A DNA stretch of 64,000 bases. It comes from an uncultured Verrucomicrobiae bacterium. GTDB taxonomy: Bacteria; Verrucomicrobiota; Verrucomicrobiia; Chthoniobacterales; Chthoniobacteraceae. The notes beneath the pieces are model-generated. The model was not told the origin of the DNA, searched no databases, and worked only from the letters and a program-made list of their open reading frames with translations. Shown piece after piece: positions 43,075 to 52,867 of the stretch (its first letter is position 1; each line of letters opens with the position of its first letter). Both the position numbers and the translations under genes were made by a program. The stretch covers positions 288,001 to 352,000 of the forward strand of contig CAVYKI010000006.1 of NCBI GenBank assembly GCA_963769025.1, written 5' to 3'.

Positions 43075-45653
43075 TTCGCAGCTTGGGGTTTGGCCTTTGC
43101 GCCGGAGACCTGCTTGAGCCCGCACGTTTCCGCCCCGTGGATGACCAGGTCGGCGACGCGGCGCTTCAGCCGTGAGCCGCGGAACAGCAGCCACGTGACG
43201 AATGTCGCGGAGAAAATCCAGAGCCAGAAATCACTCGAGTGCGAAAAGATCTGCCGGTAGAGCAGCGTGCAAAGCAGGATCGCGCTCACGAGGAAGGTGG
43301 TCGGCACCATCATCAGGCCGAGGCGCGCGCGGGTGAGGCATTTCGGCCCGCCGTGGTACTCGGTGACGGTCGCGACCTTGATGCTCCACCAGAGGTTGCC
43401 ATACACGAGCACGTCCCACGATTTCCAGCCGGTGTCCGTCGAGTAGCGCCAGCCTTCGTCCTCGAGGAGTTTCACGGTTTCGGTGATGAGCGCCTCACGG
43501 CCCTGGCCGGTTTCGTTCCAGAAATTGAGGCGCCCGGTGCCGCCGGAGTGCGCTTCCGCGCCGATGCCAGGCTCGGGCTTCGAGATGACTCCGGCGGGGG
43601 TGCGCTTGAACTTGAGCCAGGTGAAGTAGCGCGCCCATCCGCGGCCGAGCGGCTGCATGAATGCGAGAAACGCGACGAGCAGCCGCGCGGCGATCGTGTC
43701 GTATTTCGGCTCGATGCGGATGTTCACCATCCAGCTGAGCGCGACGCTCACTGTTCCGAGCAGCATGAGCACGGGGACGATGCGCAGCCATTCCAGCGGT
43801 ATGCCGAGCACGCCGACGAAAAGGGTGAGACCGATCCATTCGATGCTGCTGAGATACGCCGCGATCTGCGACTGCTGCGCGGGGTAGAGCGACTGGAAAA
43901 GTCCCTGGCCGAACACGCCGTGGTAGATGAGCGGACGGCTGAACAACCACGTGAGCCGCGGTGCGCCGTAGATCTGGCCCTTCCATTTTGCGGTGCCGGT
44001 CGGGCCGAAAAAGATGAGGTGCTTGAAGCGCAGCAGCGCCTCGGCCTCGCCGTAGCCTTCCTGCTGTTTGCGAAATGCCTTCAGCGTGAAGCGCCGGTAG
44101 TGCCACACGATCGCGCTCGGCGAAAATGCGACCTCGCCGCCCGCGGTCTGCAGGCGCCAGCAAAAGTCCACATCGTCGCCGGCCTTGCGGTATTCCGTGT
44201 CGAATCCGCCGACGAGATCGAACGCCCAGCGCCAGAACGCCATGTTGCAGCCGGGCACGTGCTCCGCGACGAAATCGGTGAGCAGCACGTGGCTCGGCCC
44301 GCCGGGGCTGGCGGACACGGCGGCCTGAACCCAGTTGACGGCGGGCGGCGAGATATTCGGCCCGCCAACGCCCGCATAGTTGCCGCTCGTGAGCACAGCC
44401 ATGAGGTAGTAGAGCCAGTCGGGGTCGGGCATGCAGTCGCTGTCCGTGTAGGCGATCACTTCGCCGGAGGATGCGTAAGCGCCGACATTGCGCGCGTAGC
44501 TGAGGCCCATGTTTTTCTGCTGCACATTCACGAAGTGCGGCAGCGTCCCGGCGGACTGTGCGCGCGCGGCCTCCCAGCTCTTCACGACTTTCTGTGTGTC
44601 GTCCTTCGAGCCGTCGTCCACGAGCACGATTTCAAAGTCGGGATATCGCACGCGGTCCAGCGCGCGCAGGCATTCGCCGAGCGTCTTCGCGCCATTGTAG
44701 CTGCACACGATCACGCTCACTCGCGGATACGAATTCAGCGGCACGACCTGCGTGATCGGCCCGCCCGCGCCGAGCTTCGCCTTCAGCGTGTGGAACGCCT
44801 TCTTCGGTTTCCGGTCCTCCGTCACGAGGCCGAACTTCCAGTCCGTCACCTCGTTCCCGCCGGTGAACCACTCGTCCGTCCATGAAAAGAAAATCGTTCC
44901 CGCAGCGCCGCCCTTCACGACCACATCGAGATGCCAGTCGAGGACCTCGGACTGCCGGTCCTCGCCGTTGCGCAGCGTGTCCATTCCGAATTCGCCGAGG
45001 ATCAGCGGCTTTTCCTCGGCGATGTTTTGCAGCCGTGCGAGGTAGCGCTCGAAGTCCGTGCGCCGCTCGAGGTAAACATTCAGCGAAAGGAAATCCACGT
45101 TCGCTGGCCGGAGGTATTCGGTCGGCGGAAAGCTCGCGTAGCTGTAGAGCGGACGGGGATCCGTGTCCCTCGCAATGGCGATGAGCTTTTCCAAAAACGC
45201 CTGCACGCGCTCCGCACCGAGCCAGCGGATGATCGTCGTCGGGACCTCGTTGCCCACGAGGTAGGCGAAGATCGCCGGGTGTCCCTTGTTCTTCCCGACG
45301 GTGTCGCGGACGACCTGCTTGATCTGCCGCTTGAGCGATCGCGAATTCAGGAACTCCACGTGCTGCGTCCACGGGATGCTCACCAGCACGCGCAGCCCGA
45401 GTTCCGCCGCCAGATCGAGCAGCCACCGCGCGGGGACATGATAGACGCGGATGAGATTGATGCCCATCTCGCGCATCAGCGCAAAATCGCGCCGCGCCTG
45501 CTCCGGCGTGCTCATGAAATCGCCGTCCGCATTCAGCCGGAACGGCCCGTAGGTCACGCCTCGCAGGAACCACGGCTCCTCGCCCTCGAAAAAGAACTTC
45601 GCGCGGACCGTGATCGGCGGGAGGTCGGATGCAGGCGTGCTTCGTTCGGACAT
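43071..45653 (-). CDS. Clan GH-A TIM-barrel + GT2 glycosyltransferase fusion with C-terminal TM helices
   Basis: LRGVTYGPF, VGNE, LGEFG; then VSVIVCSYN, VDDGS, ARNVG, YTDSD, GCNMAF, GDDVDFCWR. Confidence 0.88.
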   Translation of the reverse strand: MSERSTPASDLPPITVRAKFFFEGEEPWFLRGVTYGPFRLNADGDFMSTPEQARRDFALMREMGINLIRVYHVPARWLLDLAAELGLRVLVSIPWTQHVEFLNSRSLKRQIKQVVRDTVGKNKGHPAIFAYLVGNEVPTTIIRWLGAERVQAFLEKLIAIARDTDPRPLYSYASFPPTEYLRPANVDFLSLNVYLERRTDFERYLARLQNIAEEKPLILGEFGMDTLRNGEDRQSEVLDWHLDVVVKGGAAGTIFFSWTDEWFTGGNEVTDWKFGLVTEDRKPKKAFHTLKAKLGAGGPITQVVPLNSYPRVSVIVCSYNGAKTLGECLRALDRVRYPDFEIVLVDDGSKDDTQKVVKSWEAARAQSAGTLPHFVNVQQKNMGLSYARNVGAYASSGEVIAYTDSDCMPDPDWLYYLMAVLTSGNYAGVGGPNISPPAVNWVQAAVSASPGGPSHVLLTDFVAEHVPGCNMAFWRWAFDLVGGFDTEYRKAGDDVDFCWRLQTAGGEVAFSPSAIVWHYRRFTLKAFRKQQEGYGEAEALLRFKHLIFFGPTGTAKWKGQIYGAPRLTWLFSRPLIYHGVFGQGLFQSLYPAQQSQIAAYLSSIEWIGLTLFVGVLGIPLEWLRIVPVLMLLGTVSVALSWMVNIRIEPKYDTIAARLLVAFLAFMQPLGRGWARYFTWLKFKRTPAGVISKPEPGIGAEAHSGGTGRLNFWNETGQGREALITETVKLLEDEGWRYSTDTGWKSWDVLVYGNLWWSIKVATVTEYHGGPKCLTRARLGLMMVPTTFLVSAILLCTLLYRQIFSHSSDFWLWIFSATFVTWLLFRGSRLKRRVADLVIHGAETCGLKQVSGAKAKPQAAK

Positions 45654-45732
45654 GTGGAAGCGCGTTTTACGGGGGCGCGAAGTCCACGGCAAGCAGGCGG
45701 ATTGCACCGCGCAGTCCTTGCGGCGGAAATGG

Positions 45733-46299
45733 CTACCCGGACCAGCGGTCGTAGAGTTCGCGCAGGCACTCCCGGAGATTGCCGCGGTGCCGGTGGAAAA
45801 GCGCCTCCGCCTCCTCATCCGGGAGCTTTCCGCCCGTCAGCGATTCCACGAGGCGTTCGAGCAGCTTGGGCGACGTTTCCAATTCGAGCGCGACCGGGAG
45901 CCGGCTGGTGCGGTGGACGCCGACGATGAAGCCGGCGGCCTCGCTCGCCGCGCCGCGGATCGACAGCCACTGGCGCGTGGAGAGCTGCTCCGCGCCATCC
46001 AGCAGGATGAACCCCGGCTTTTTCACCTCGCGGAACTTGTCAGCGAGGCGATCCTTTTCGCGCATGCCGCTCTCGGTATGGAGGCGAAAGACGACGGGCT
46101 CGAATCCGCGTTCCTTGAGGTGCGGGATGAGTTGCTCGAGCAGGGTGGTCTTTCCCGTGCCGTTGCCGCCGACGATGCACGCGCACCAGTTCAGTTCCTC
46201 GAGCCGTTTGAGGAAGCTCGCCCACGTCACGCCGTTCGGGAAGCGGAACGGGATGCGTTCGAGGTGGCAGGTGGAAAATGGATTTTCGCGGGCGGTCAC
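45733..46299 (-). CDS. Small AAA+/P-loop ATPase
   Basis: NPF, GGNGTGKTT, ILLDGAEQL, GNLRE. Confidence 0.85.
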   Translation of the reverse strand: MTARENPFSTCHLERIPFRFPNGVTWASFLKRLEELNWCACIVGGNGTGKTTLLEQLIPHLKERGFEPVVFRLHTESGMREKDRLADKFREVKKPGFILLDGAEQLSTRQWLSIRGAASEAAGFIVGVHRTSRLPVALELETSPKLLERLVESLTGGKLPDEEAEALFHRHRGNLRECLRELYDRWSG

Positions 46300-46497
46300 T
46301 TGGTCTCAGAGGTTGATTCGCGGACCGTTTGTGCGGCGCGTGTATCATTGGCAAGCCGGTGCGCAGGCACGGCCCGGAAGGGCGGCGGGCAGGGCTTGTT
46401 GGATTGCATGCTGTGCCCTTACCGGACTCGGCGGGGCATCGCAAGGGAAAGGGCAACGGGCGGCTGTCCGGACGGTGAACCCCGCTCCACTGGATCG

Positions 46498-46902
46498 CTA
46501 CGGCCTTTTCTGGATGTGGAGGCCCTTGAATTTCGGCTGCGGGATGCTCGGCAGGGTGATTTCCCTCCCATCCGGCGCGATGGTGATCTCGATGCGCTCG
46601 AAGTGGCCACCCGGATTTGCGACGAATTCGACGGCCCAGATGACCGCGATGAGCGTGCCGGAGAAACTGTAGGGCCCGTTCGGCGCCGCGAAGCTGAACT
46701 CGCGCGTATCCGCGGCGGGAGGCGCGTCCAGCGTCGCGGTTTCCACGGTCGCCCCGTCCTCGGTGCCCTTGCCGCGCGTGAACCAGATGAGCCGCACCTC
46801 GGCAAGTCCCGGTGCCTTTTCCAACTCCCACAGAACCGCTCCCGCGATGGTCTCGCCGGGGCGGAACGTGGTCACATTGTCGCGAAGGCCGAGGCGGATC
46901 AT
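46498..46902 (-). CDS. Hypothetical beta-sandwich protein (arrestin-N/SpoOM-like)
   Basis: FRPGETIAG...EVRLIWFTRGKG...FSFAAPNGPYSFSGTLIAVIWAVE; 4-nt overlap with the upstream gene. Confidence 0.7.
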   Translation of the reverse strand: MIRLGLRDNVTTFRPGETIAGAVLWELEKAPGLAEVRLIWFTRGKGTEDGATVETATLDAPPAADTREFSFAAPNGPYSFSGTLIAVIWAVEFVANPGGHFERIEITIAPDGREITLPSIPQPKFKGLHIQKRP

Positions 46903-48578
46903 GTCGTTGGGGGTTCTTCGTGGAAAAGCGTCGCCGTCTCGCGCGGCAGGACGGTGATGGGAAATTCCGCGCTCACGTCCGGCCATTTCGGGATGTCGCC
47001 GGAGAGTTTGAGGGTCCACACGATCTTGTTGTTCGGCGCGGTGAAGGTGTGGATGAGTCCGCGCGGGATGGTGATCTGCGCGCTGCCGCTGGCGATCTGG
47101 TCGCGTTCGGCGGTATCGAGCAGGGGCAGGATCGCGAAGATATTCCTGTCCGTCGTGGTGGTCGTGCCGCGGCGGTAAGTGGCCTCTTCGCGGCCTTCGA
47201 GCGTGATCGCGAGATGCACGATTCGCCGCACATTCCCGGTGAAGCGCCACCGGACTTCCAGCGTGCCTCCGAGCGGAATCGCGCCTGCGCTGGCGGTGAG
47301 GACGGGCCGCGGGTTGTAGAGCGCGAGGATCTGGTAAAACACCCCGGCGACGAGCCCGAGCCCGATGAGGACGAAGATGCCCAGGAAAAGCCGGACGCCC
47401 CATTCGCCGGAGCGGGTGTTCCAGAGGATCACCCAGACGATTCCGTTCCAGAACAGCGCGACCACGAGCATCACGATGCAGCCGGTCATGGGGGAACTCG
47501 CGGGCTTGAGTTCCACTTCCCCCGTCACCGTGTCGCGCCGGAGCAGCGGCAGGATGTCGGCCGGGAGCCCCGTCCGCGAAACGCCCCGTTTCGCCATGGC
47601 TGGCGCCTTCAAGAAGATCAAAAGTCCGACGAGGAGGAACACGCCCGGGATGAGGCCAAACCAGCGGTCGGGAGACGGCTTCACGCTCAGCACGGCCTCG
47701 ATGGGATCGGCGGGATTCACGTAGCAGAGCGTCTTGAGCCCCGGCGGGAATTTCGCCACCGCCTCGTTGCGCCAGCCCCGGCTGCTGCTGCTGCCGGTGT
47801 CGAAATTGTACCGCGTGCCCTTGTAGGCGCGTCCCTTGAATTCGTAGCGGTAGCGGATCTCGACGGCGTAGCTGGTGCTCTTGCTCCCGCGGTGCGAGGT
47901 GACGCGGCTGGAGATGATCTCGCAGGGCACTTGCGTCCATTTCGCGGCGGCGAGCTCCTTCAGCGTCGGGTGGACGACCAGCAGGTAGAGAAGTCCGCCG
48001 CCCACGCAGATGAAGATGAGGCCGAGGATGCGCACCCCGAGCGTCCCGCCTGCGCCGGAGCGGTGCCGCTCGGAAACCGCCTTCGCGCCGGGCGGCTTTG
48101 CCCGCCAGACGGCGATGATCCCGCCCACGCCGATGGCCACGAAAATGAGCGGGAAGAGCACGACGAGGAGCATCCACAGCGAGCCCCGCTCCAGCGTGCT
48201 TTCCTCGGGCGAGGAAGGGTTCACGTAGCAGATGGCGCTGCTCCCGGCGGGATAACGCTGCGCTGCGCGTGCCGCCTTCTCGGCATTCATGCTCGATAAC
48301 ATTCCGATGCTGAACTGCGTCCCGGTGTAGGCGCGGCCGGCGACGCGATACGCGTAGCGCACGTTGAACTCCGAGGCGCTGCCCTTGTCACTCGCGGAGC
48401 TGGATTCGATGACGCATTCCGTCGCGTCCCAAAAATAGGGCCGCACGGTGTCGAAGCCGGCCTTCACCATGAAGGCCGTGAAAACGAGCCCGACGATCGC
48501 GAAGATGCTCAGGAAGGCCATCACGCAACCTTTGCCAGCGGCGGTGGTTTTCGAGCCGGGGGAAATGGTGACCTTCAT
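46899..48578 (-). CDS. Membrane protein with two DUF3592 domains and a C-terminal beta-sandwich
   Basis: Two W..(T/V).C.I.SS...Y.Y...G..Y.G...CYVNP..P units, each flanked by TM helices. Confidence 0.82.
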   Translation of the reverse strand: MKVTISPGSKTTAAGKGCVMAFLSIFAIVGLVFTAFMVKAGFDTVRPYFWDATECVIESSSASDKGSASEFNVRYAYRVAGRAYTGTQFSIGMLSSMNAEKAARAAQRYPAGSSAICYVNPSSPEESTLERGSLWMLLVVLFPLIFVAIGVGGIIAVWRAKPPGAKAVSERHRSGAGGTLGVRILGLIFICVGGGLLYLLVVHPTLKELAAAKWTQVPCEIISSRVTSHRGSKSTSYAVEIRYRYEFKGRAYKGTRYNFDTGSSSSRGWRNEAVAKFPPGLKTLCYVNPADPIEAVLSVKPSPDRWFGLIPGVFLLVGLLIFLKAPAMAKRGVSRTGLPADILPLLRRDTVTGEVELKPASSPMTGCIVMLVVALFWNGIVWVILWNTRSGEWGVRLFLGIFVLIGLGLVAGVFYQILALYNPRPVLTASAGAIPLGGTLEVRWRFTGNVRRIVHLAITLEGREEATYRRGTTTTTDRNIFAILPLLDTAERDQIASGSAQITIPRGLIHTFTAPNNKIVWTLKLSGDIPKWPDVSAEFPITVLPRETATLFHEEPPTT

Positions 48579-48675
48579 CGCGTTGCCTGTGTCGTCTCGC
48601 AAAATCCGCGTGCGAGGGCAAGCGTGCGCCGCGCCTTTACAGTGCGCCGCTTCAGCCGTAACTGATCGGCATCCC

Positions 48676-49947
48676 ATGAAAGTCCCACTTGCCTACGGCC
48701 GAGGCCATCTCGATGTCGAACTCCCCGACGACCGCACCACCATCATCGAGCCTTCGCCGCTGGCCGGCGTGCCGGACGAGCGCGCAGCCGTCATCGCGGC
48801 GCTCGAGGCGCCGGTGCAGAGCGAGCCGCTGCGGAAGCTGATCGATTCGCGGAAACGCATCGTCATCGTCCACACGGACATCACGCGCGCCACGCCGAAC
48901 GACCGTCTTCTCCCGTGGCTGCTCGCGTATCTCGAGGGCGCCGGTGCGAAGCGCGAGAATATCACGCTGCTCAACGGCCTCGGCACGCACCGCCCGAACA
49001 CGAAGGAGGAGCTGGAGAAGATGCTCACGCCGGAAGTCGTCGCAAACTGGCGCTGCATCAACCACGAGCCGGAAAACGACGCCGGGCATGTGCAGTTCGG
49101 CGTGACGAAGACCGGCGTGCCCGCGCTGATCAACCGCCATCTCGCCGAGGCGGACGTGCGCATCATCACCGGATTCATCGAGCCGCATTTTTTCGCCGGC
49201 TTCAGCGGCGGGCCGAAGGGCATCATGCCCGGCGTCGCCGCGCTGAAGACCGTGATGAGCAACCACGGCGCGGAAAACATCGGCGACCGGCGCAGCACGT
49301 TCGGCGTCACCGAGGGGAATCCGATCTGGGAGGAAATGCGCGACATCGCGCTGCGGGTCGGCCCGAGCTTCCTGCTGAATGTCGCGCTCAACGAGCAGCG
49401 GAAAATCACCGGCGTCTTTGCGGGCGATCTCATCGCCGCGCACAAGGTCGGCATCGAGTTCGTCCGCGCCGGCGCGATGCAGCGCGTCGAGCAGCCGTTC
49501 GACATCGTCATCACGACGAACAGCGGCTATCCGCTCGACATGAATCTCTACCAGGCCGTGAAGGGGATGCGCGCCGCCGATCTCATCGTGAAGGACGGAG
49601 GCACCGTCATCATCGCCGCCGAGTGCAGCGAGGGCGCGCCGGCCGGCAGTCCGCACGACAAATTGCTGCGCAGCGTGAAGAGCGGCGAGGAACTGCTGGA
49701 GAAACTGAACACGCCCGGCTTCGTGGCGGCCGAGCAATGGCAGGGCCACATCCAGAGCCTCATCCAGCGCCGCGCGGAAATTCAGATCTACACCGCGATG
49801 GACGACGAAACGGTGAAGGCCGCGCACCTCGTCCCGTGCCGCGACATCGCCGCCACCGTGAAGGCCAAGCTCGGCCCCAAGCCCAACGGGCAGCGCATCG
49901 CAGTGCTCCCGCAGGGCCCGCTCACGATCCCGTATCTCGCGAAGTAA
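48676..49947 (+). CDS. larA: Nickel-pincer-dependent lactate racemase family protein
   Basis: DITRATP, GLGTHRP, INHE, GFIEPHFFAGFSGGPKGIMPG, GYPLDMNLYQAVKG, AECSEG. Confidence 0.92.
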   Translation: MKVPLAYGRGHLDVELPDDRTTIIEPSPLAGVPDERAAVIAALEAPVQSEPLRKLIDSRKRIVIVHTDITRATPNDRLLPWLLAYLEGAGAKRENITLLNGLGTHRPNTKEELEKMLTPEVVANWRCINHEPENDAGHVQFGVTKTGVPALINRHLAEADVRIITGFIEPHFFAGFSGGPKGIMPGVAALKTVMSNHGAENIGDRRSTFGVTEGNPIWEEMRDIALRVGPSFLLNVALNEQRKITGVFAGDLIAAHKVGIEFVRAGAMQRVEQPFDIVITTNSGYPLDMNLYQAVKGMRAADLIVKDGGTVIIAAECSEGAPAGSPHDKLLRSVKSGEELLEKLNTPGFVAAEQWQGHIQSLIQRRAEIQIYTAMDDETVKAAHLVPCRDIAATVKAKLGPKPNGQRIAVLPQGPLTIPYLAK

Positions 49948-50032
49948 TCCGGGGTGCTGCCGGCTGATGCGCAAATCCTGCGCGCCGCGCGCTGATGAAC
50001 CCTCGGCCCCAGGTCCTTCGTCGGACCGGGTC

Positions 50033-50398
50033 TTACTCCTTCGCCTTGGCCTTGAAGCCGTCCTTGGTCCAGACGACCACGTGGATGTCCTTTTCCCGGC
50101 GGGCGACGGTGCTCACCGATTTTGGCTCCGTGCCGTCCACCTGGATTTGCGACGAGCCGAGCCCGACGCGGAATGGCTTCCCGTCCTTGTCCGCCACGTC
50201 TGCCGATTTCCCGGCCTCCACGCTGGCCTCGAATGGCGCGCGATCGATCCGCGGATTCCAGAGCTTCACCTTCACCGGTTTGCCGCTTTCGTTCGTGAAG
50301 CGGACGAGGCCGTAGGAATCATCCTGCGCGAGGAGGGGGAGGCTGGCGGCGAGCGCTGCGATGCCGGCGGCGAGCACGAAAAGGCGTCTGGGGATCAT
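50033..50398 (-). CDS. Hypothetical secreted protein
   Basis: Signal peptide followed by a beta-rich small domain. Confidence 0.7.
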   Translation of the reverse strand: MIPRRLFVLAAGIAALAASLPLLAQDDSYGLVRFTNESGKPVKVKLWNPRIDRAPFEASVEAGKSADVADKDGKPFRVGLGSSQIQVDGTEPKSVSTVARREKDIHVVVWTKDGFKAKAKE

Positions 50399-50476
50399 GC
50401 GCCACTCCTAAGGCCGCGAGGGGATGCCACAAGAAGATTCCGGACATCCGCGCTGTGTCCGCGCGCACGGGGCGGC

Positions 50477-51646
50477 CTAGTTTCCCGCGATCCGCTCGAT
50501 GGTCCAGACCACGCCGCACAGCGCGATGAGCGCGGAGCCGGGGATGACGATCCAACGGCGGTATTGCGCGGCATTGCGCAGCCAGCCCGTGAGCAGGAAG
50601 GCGCCGGCGATCACCGCGAGCTGGCCGCCCTCGACGCCCACATTGAAGCCGACGAGGCCGACGGCCAGCGAGTTGCGGGGCAGCTCCAGATCGCCCAGCG
50701 CGCTCGCAAAGCCCAGCCCGTGGATCAGCCCGAAGACAAAGACCACCAGCAGCCGCCAGTGCGAGTAGCGGGGGCGGAAGATATTCTCCAGCGCGACGAA
50801 GGCGATGCTCGCCGCGATGATCGGCTCGACGATGGTGGGCGACACTTTCACGGTGCCGAGCGTCGCGAGCGCGAGCGTCACCGAGTGCGCGAGGGTGAAG
50901 GTCGTCACCTGCGCGAGCAGCGGCTTCCACGTGCGGCTGAGCAGAAAAAGGCCGAGCACGAAGAGGATGTGGTCCAGCCCCTCCGGCACCACGTGCACGA
51001 AGCCCTGGCGCAGATACGTGCCGAACGTGCTCCAACGGTCGCCCGCCGACCCTTCCGCCGGCACGCGATCCCCGCGTTCCGCAGCGGGCGTCACCGCGAG
51101 CCCGGCGAGATCCAGCGAGAAGCTCTTCTCGCCGGGGAACAGCACCGCGATCCGCTCGTGGACCTTGCCGCCGATGATGTTTTGAAAGACCACGGCGAGC
51201 TTCGCTTTCTCCGTGGAGCGGATGCGCCAGCCGCTCAGCCCCGCGGCCAGCGTGGTCTTCCATTCGCCGGTGAGCACCACCACATCCTCCGTGCCCTTGA
51301 GCGCCTCGCCGCTGTGGCCGGTGAAGGAAAACTTGAACTCCGGCTGCACGCGGCCCACGGGCTCGAGCGTGAATTCCACGTAGCGCTGCACGAGTTCGGC
51401 GGCCTTTTGCTCCAGCTCCTTCCGGTCTGCCGGGTTCATCGCGTCGTACACCCATTTTTGCAGCGAGGGCGCCGTGGCGGGATCGGCGTCGAAGCACCGC
51501 GGGTCCACTTCCACCGTCACGCGCGCGGTCCCGTCGCCGGGGAAAAAGGTGCGCACCGGGACGTCCGGGATGGGGTGGGCCCACAGGATCGCGGTCTGGA
51601 GGAGGACGAGGGAGAAAATTACCGCTTGCTTGATACGGGGGTTCAT
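50477..51646 (-). CDS. HupE/UreJ-family membrane protein with a periplasmic N-terminal domain
   Basis: Signal peptide with mature N-terminal His; GLDHILFV, FTLAHSVTL, FGLIHGLGFA, FNVGVEGGQ. Confidence 0.9.
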   Translation of the reverse strand: MNPRIKQAVIFSLVLLQTAILWAHPIPDVPVRTFFPGDGTARVTVEVDPRCFDADPATAPSLQKWVYDAMNPADRKELEQKAAELVQRYVEFTLEPVGRVQPEFKFSFTGHSGEALKGTEDVVVLTGEWKTTLAAGLSGWRIRSTEKAKLAVVFQNIIGGKVHERIAVLFPGEKSFSLDLAGLAVTPAAERGDRVPAEGSAGDRWSTFGTYLRQGFVHVVPEGLDHILFVLGLFLLSRTWKPLLAQVTTFTLAHSVTLALATLGTVKVSPTIVEPIIAASIAFVALENIFRPRYSHWRLLVVFVFGLIHGLGFASALGDLELPRNSLAVGLVGFNVGVEGGQLAVIAGAFLLTGWLRNAAQYRRWIVIPGSALIALCGVVWTIERIAGN

Positions 51647-51710
51647 GAGGAAGTTGTTAGGCACGGTGCATCGCACCTTGCGTCTCCTCAAACAACAAAA
51701 ACCAAAACAA

Positions 51711-51992
51711 ATGAAAAAACTCCTCACCCTCCTCGCATTCGCCTCCCTCTCCGTCGCCGGCTTCGCCGCATGCGGCAAGACCGTCACGAACGAAGGCACC
51801 CTGAAGTCCTACGACGCTGAGTCGAAAAAAGTCGTCGTCGTTGATGCGGCCGGCAAGTCCGCCACCATCACCCTCACGCCTTCCACGACCGGCGCAGACA
51901 AGGCCGCCGACCTCGTTGGCAAGCCCGTCAAGGTCGTCAGCGAGCACGGCAAGGCCCAGAGCGTCGCTGCCGCCGAAGTCAAGAAGTCGTAG
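51711..51992 (+). CDS. Small secreted protein or possible lipoprotein
   Basis: MKKLLTLLAFASLSVAGFAAC signal; A-rich translation initiation region; followed by a terminator. Confidence 0.8.
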   Translation: MKKLLTLLAFASLSVAGFAACGKTVTNEGTLKSYDAESKKVVVVDAAGKSATITLTPSTTGADKAADLVGKPVKVVSEHGKAQSVAAAEVKKS

Positions 51993-52011
51993 TCCGGCAT
52001 TCTGATTCATC

Positions 52012-52051
52012 AAAGGGCCCGGTCGTTCACGCGACCGGGCCTTTTGTTTTT
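52012..52051 (+). terminator. Rho-independent terminator
   Basis: GGCCCGGTCG-loop-CGACCGGGCC followed by TTTTGTTTTT. Confidence 0.85.
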
Positions 52052-52127
52052 CCCGGCAAAATCCCGGCGCCCCTTTTTTCCGAAAATATCCTCGCCCGCG
52101 CCGGGCGGGATGCGGAATCTCAGGCCG

Positions 52128-52814
52128 ATGAAACTCCTCCGCTCCCTCCTCGCCGTCTCCGCCGCAATCGTTCTCGTCTCCCGCGCCCACGCCGCGGATG
52201 ACGGCTTTGTCCCGCTCTTCGACGGGAAGACGCTCGACGGCTGGGAGCAGCACAGCGGCAAGGCCGAGTACCGCATCGAGGACGGCGCCATCGTCGGCAA
52301 GACCGTCGCGGGCACCGGCAATTCCTTCCTCTGCACCAAAAAGAAGTACGGGGACTTCGTGCTCGAGTTTGAGTTCAAGGTCGCGCCCACGATGAATTCC
52401 GGCGTGCAGTTCCGCTCCGAGTTCCATGCGCAGGACACGAAGGTGGAGATCGACGGCAAGCCCAAGACCTTCCCGGCGGACCGCGTGTATGGCTACCAGT
52501 TTGAAATCGACCCCAGCGCGCGCGCCTATACCGGCGGCGTGTACGACGAGGCCCGCCGCGGCTGGCTCGCCGACCTGAAGGACAACGAGGCGGCGCGCAA
52601 GGCCTTCAAGCAAAGCGAGTGGAACGCCGCCCGCATCGAGTGCAAGGGCGACAGCATCAAGACGTGGATCAACGGCGTCCCCGCCGCCGACTTCAAGGAC
52701 GGCATGACCAAGGAAGGCATCATCGCCCTGCAAGTCCACGGCATCGGCAAGGACGCCGCCAAAGTCGGCCAGGAAGTCCGCTGGCGGAAGCTGATGCTCA
52801 AGGAACTGAAGTAG
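52128..52814 (+). CDS. Secreted DUF1080 (3-keto-disaccharide hydrolase family) protein
   Basis: FVPLFDGKTLDGW, YGDFVLEFEFK, NSGVQFRS, GYQFEI, EWN, GIIALQVH. Confidence 0.92.
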   Translation: MKLLRSLLAVSAAIVLVSRAHAADDGFVPLFDGKTLDGWEQHSGKAEYRIEDGAIVGKTVAGTGNSFLCTKKKYGDFVLEFEFKVAPTMNSGVQFRSEFHAQDTKVEIDGKPKTFPADRVYGYQFEIDPSARAYTGGVYDEARRGWLADLKDNEAARKAFKQSEWNAARIECKGDSIKTWINGVPAADFKDGMTKEGIIALQVHGIGKDAAKVGQEVRWRKLMLKELK

Positions 52815-52839
52815 GGGGCGTTTTGCGCATGCGCGCAAA

Positions 52840-52867
52840 GTTGAGCGTTGAGAGTTGAGGGTTGAGT
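52840..52867. repeat. Heptamer tandem repeat (GTTGAGN)x4
   Basis: GTTGAGC GTTGAGA GTTGAGG GTTGAGT. Confidence 0.85.
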
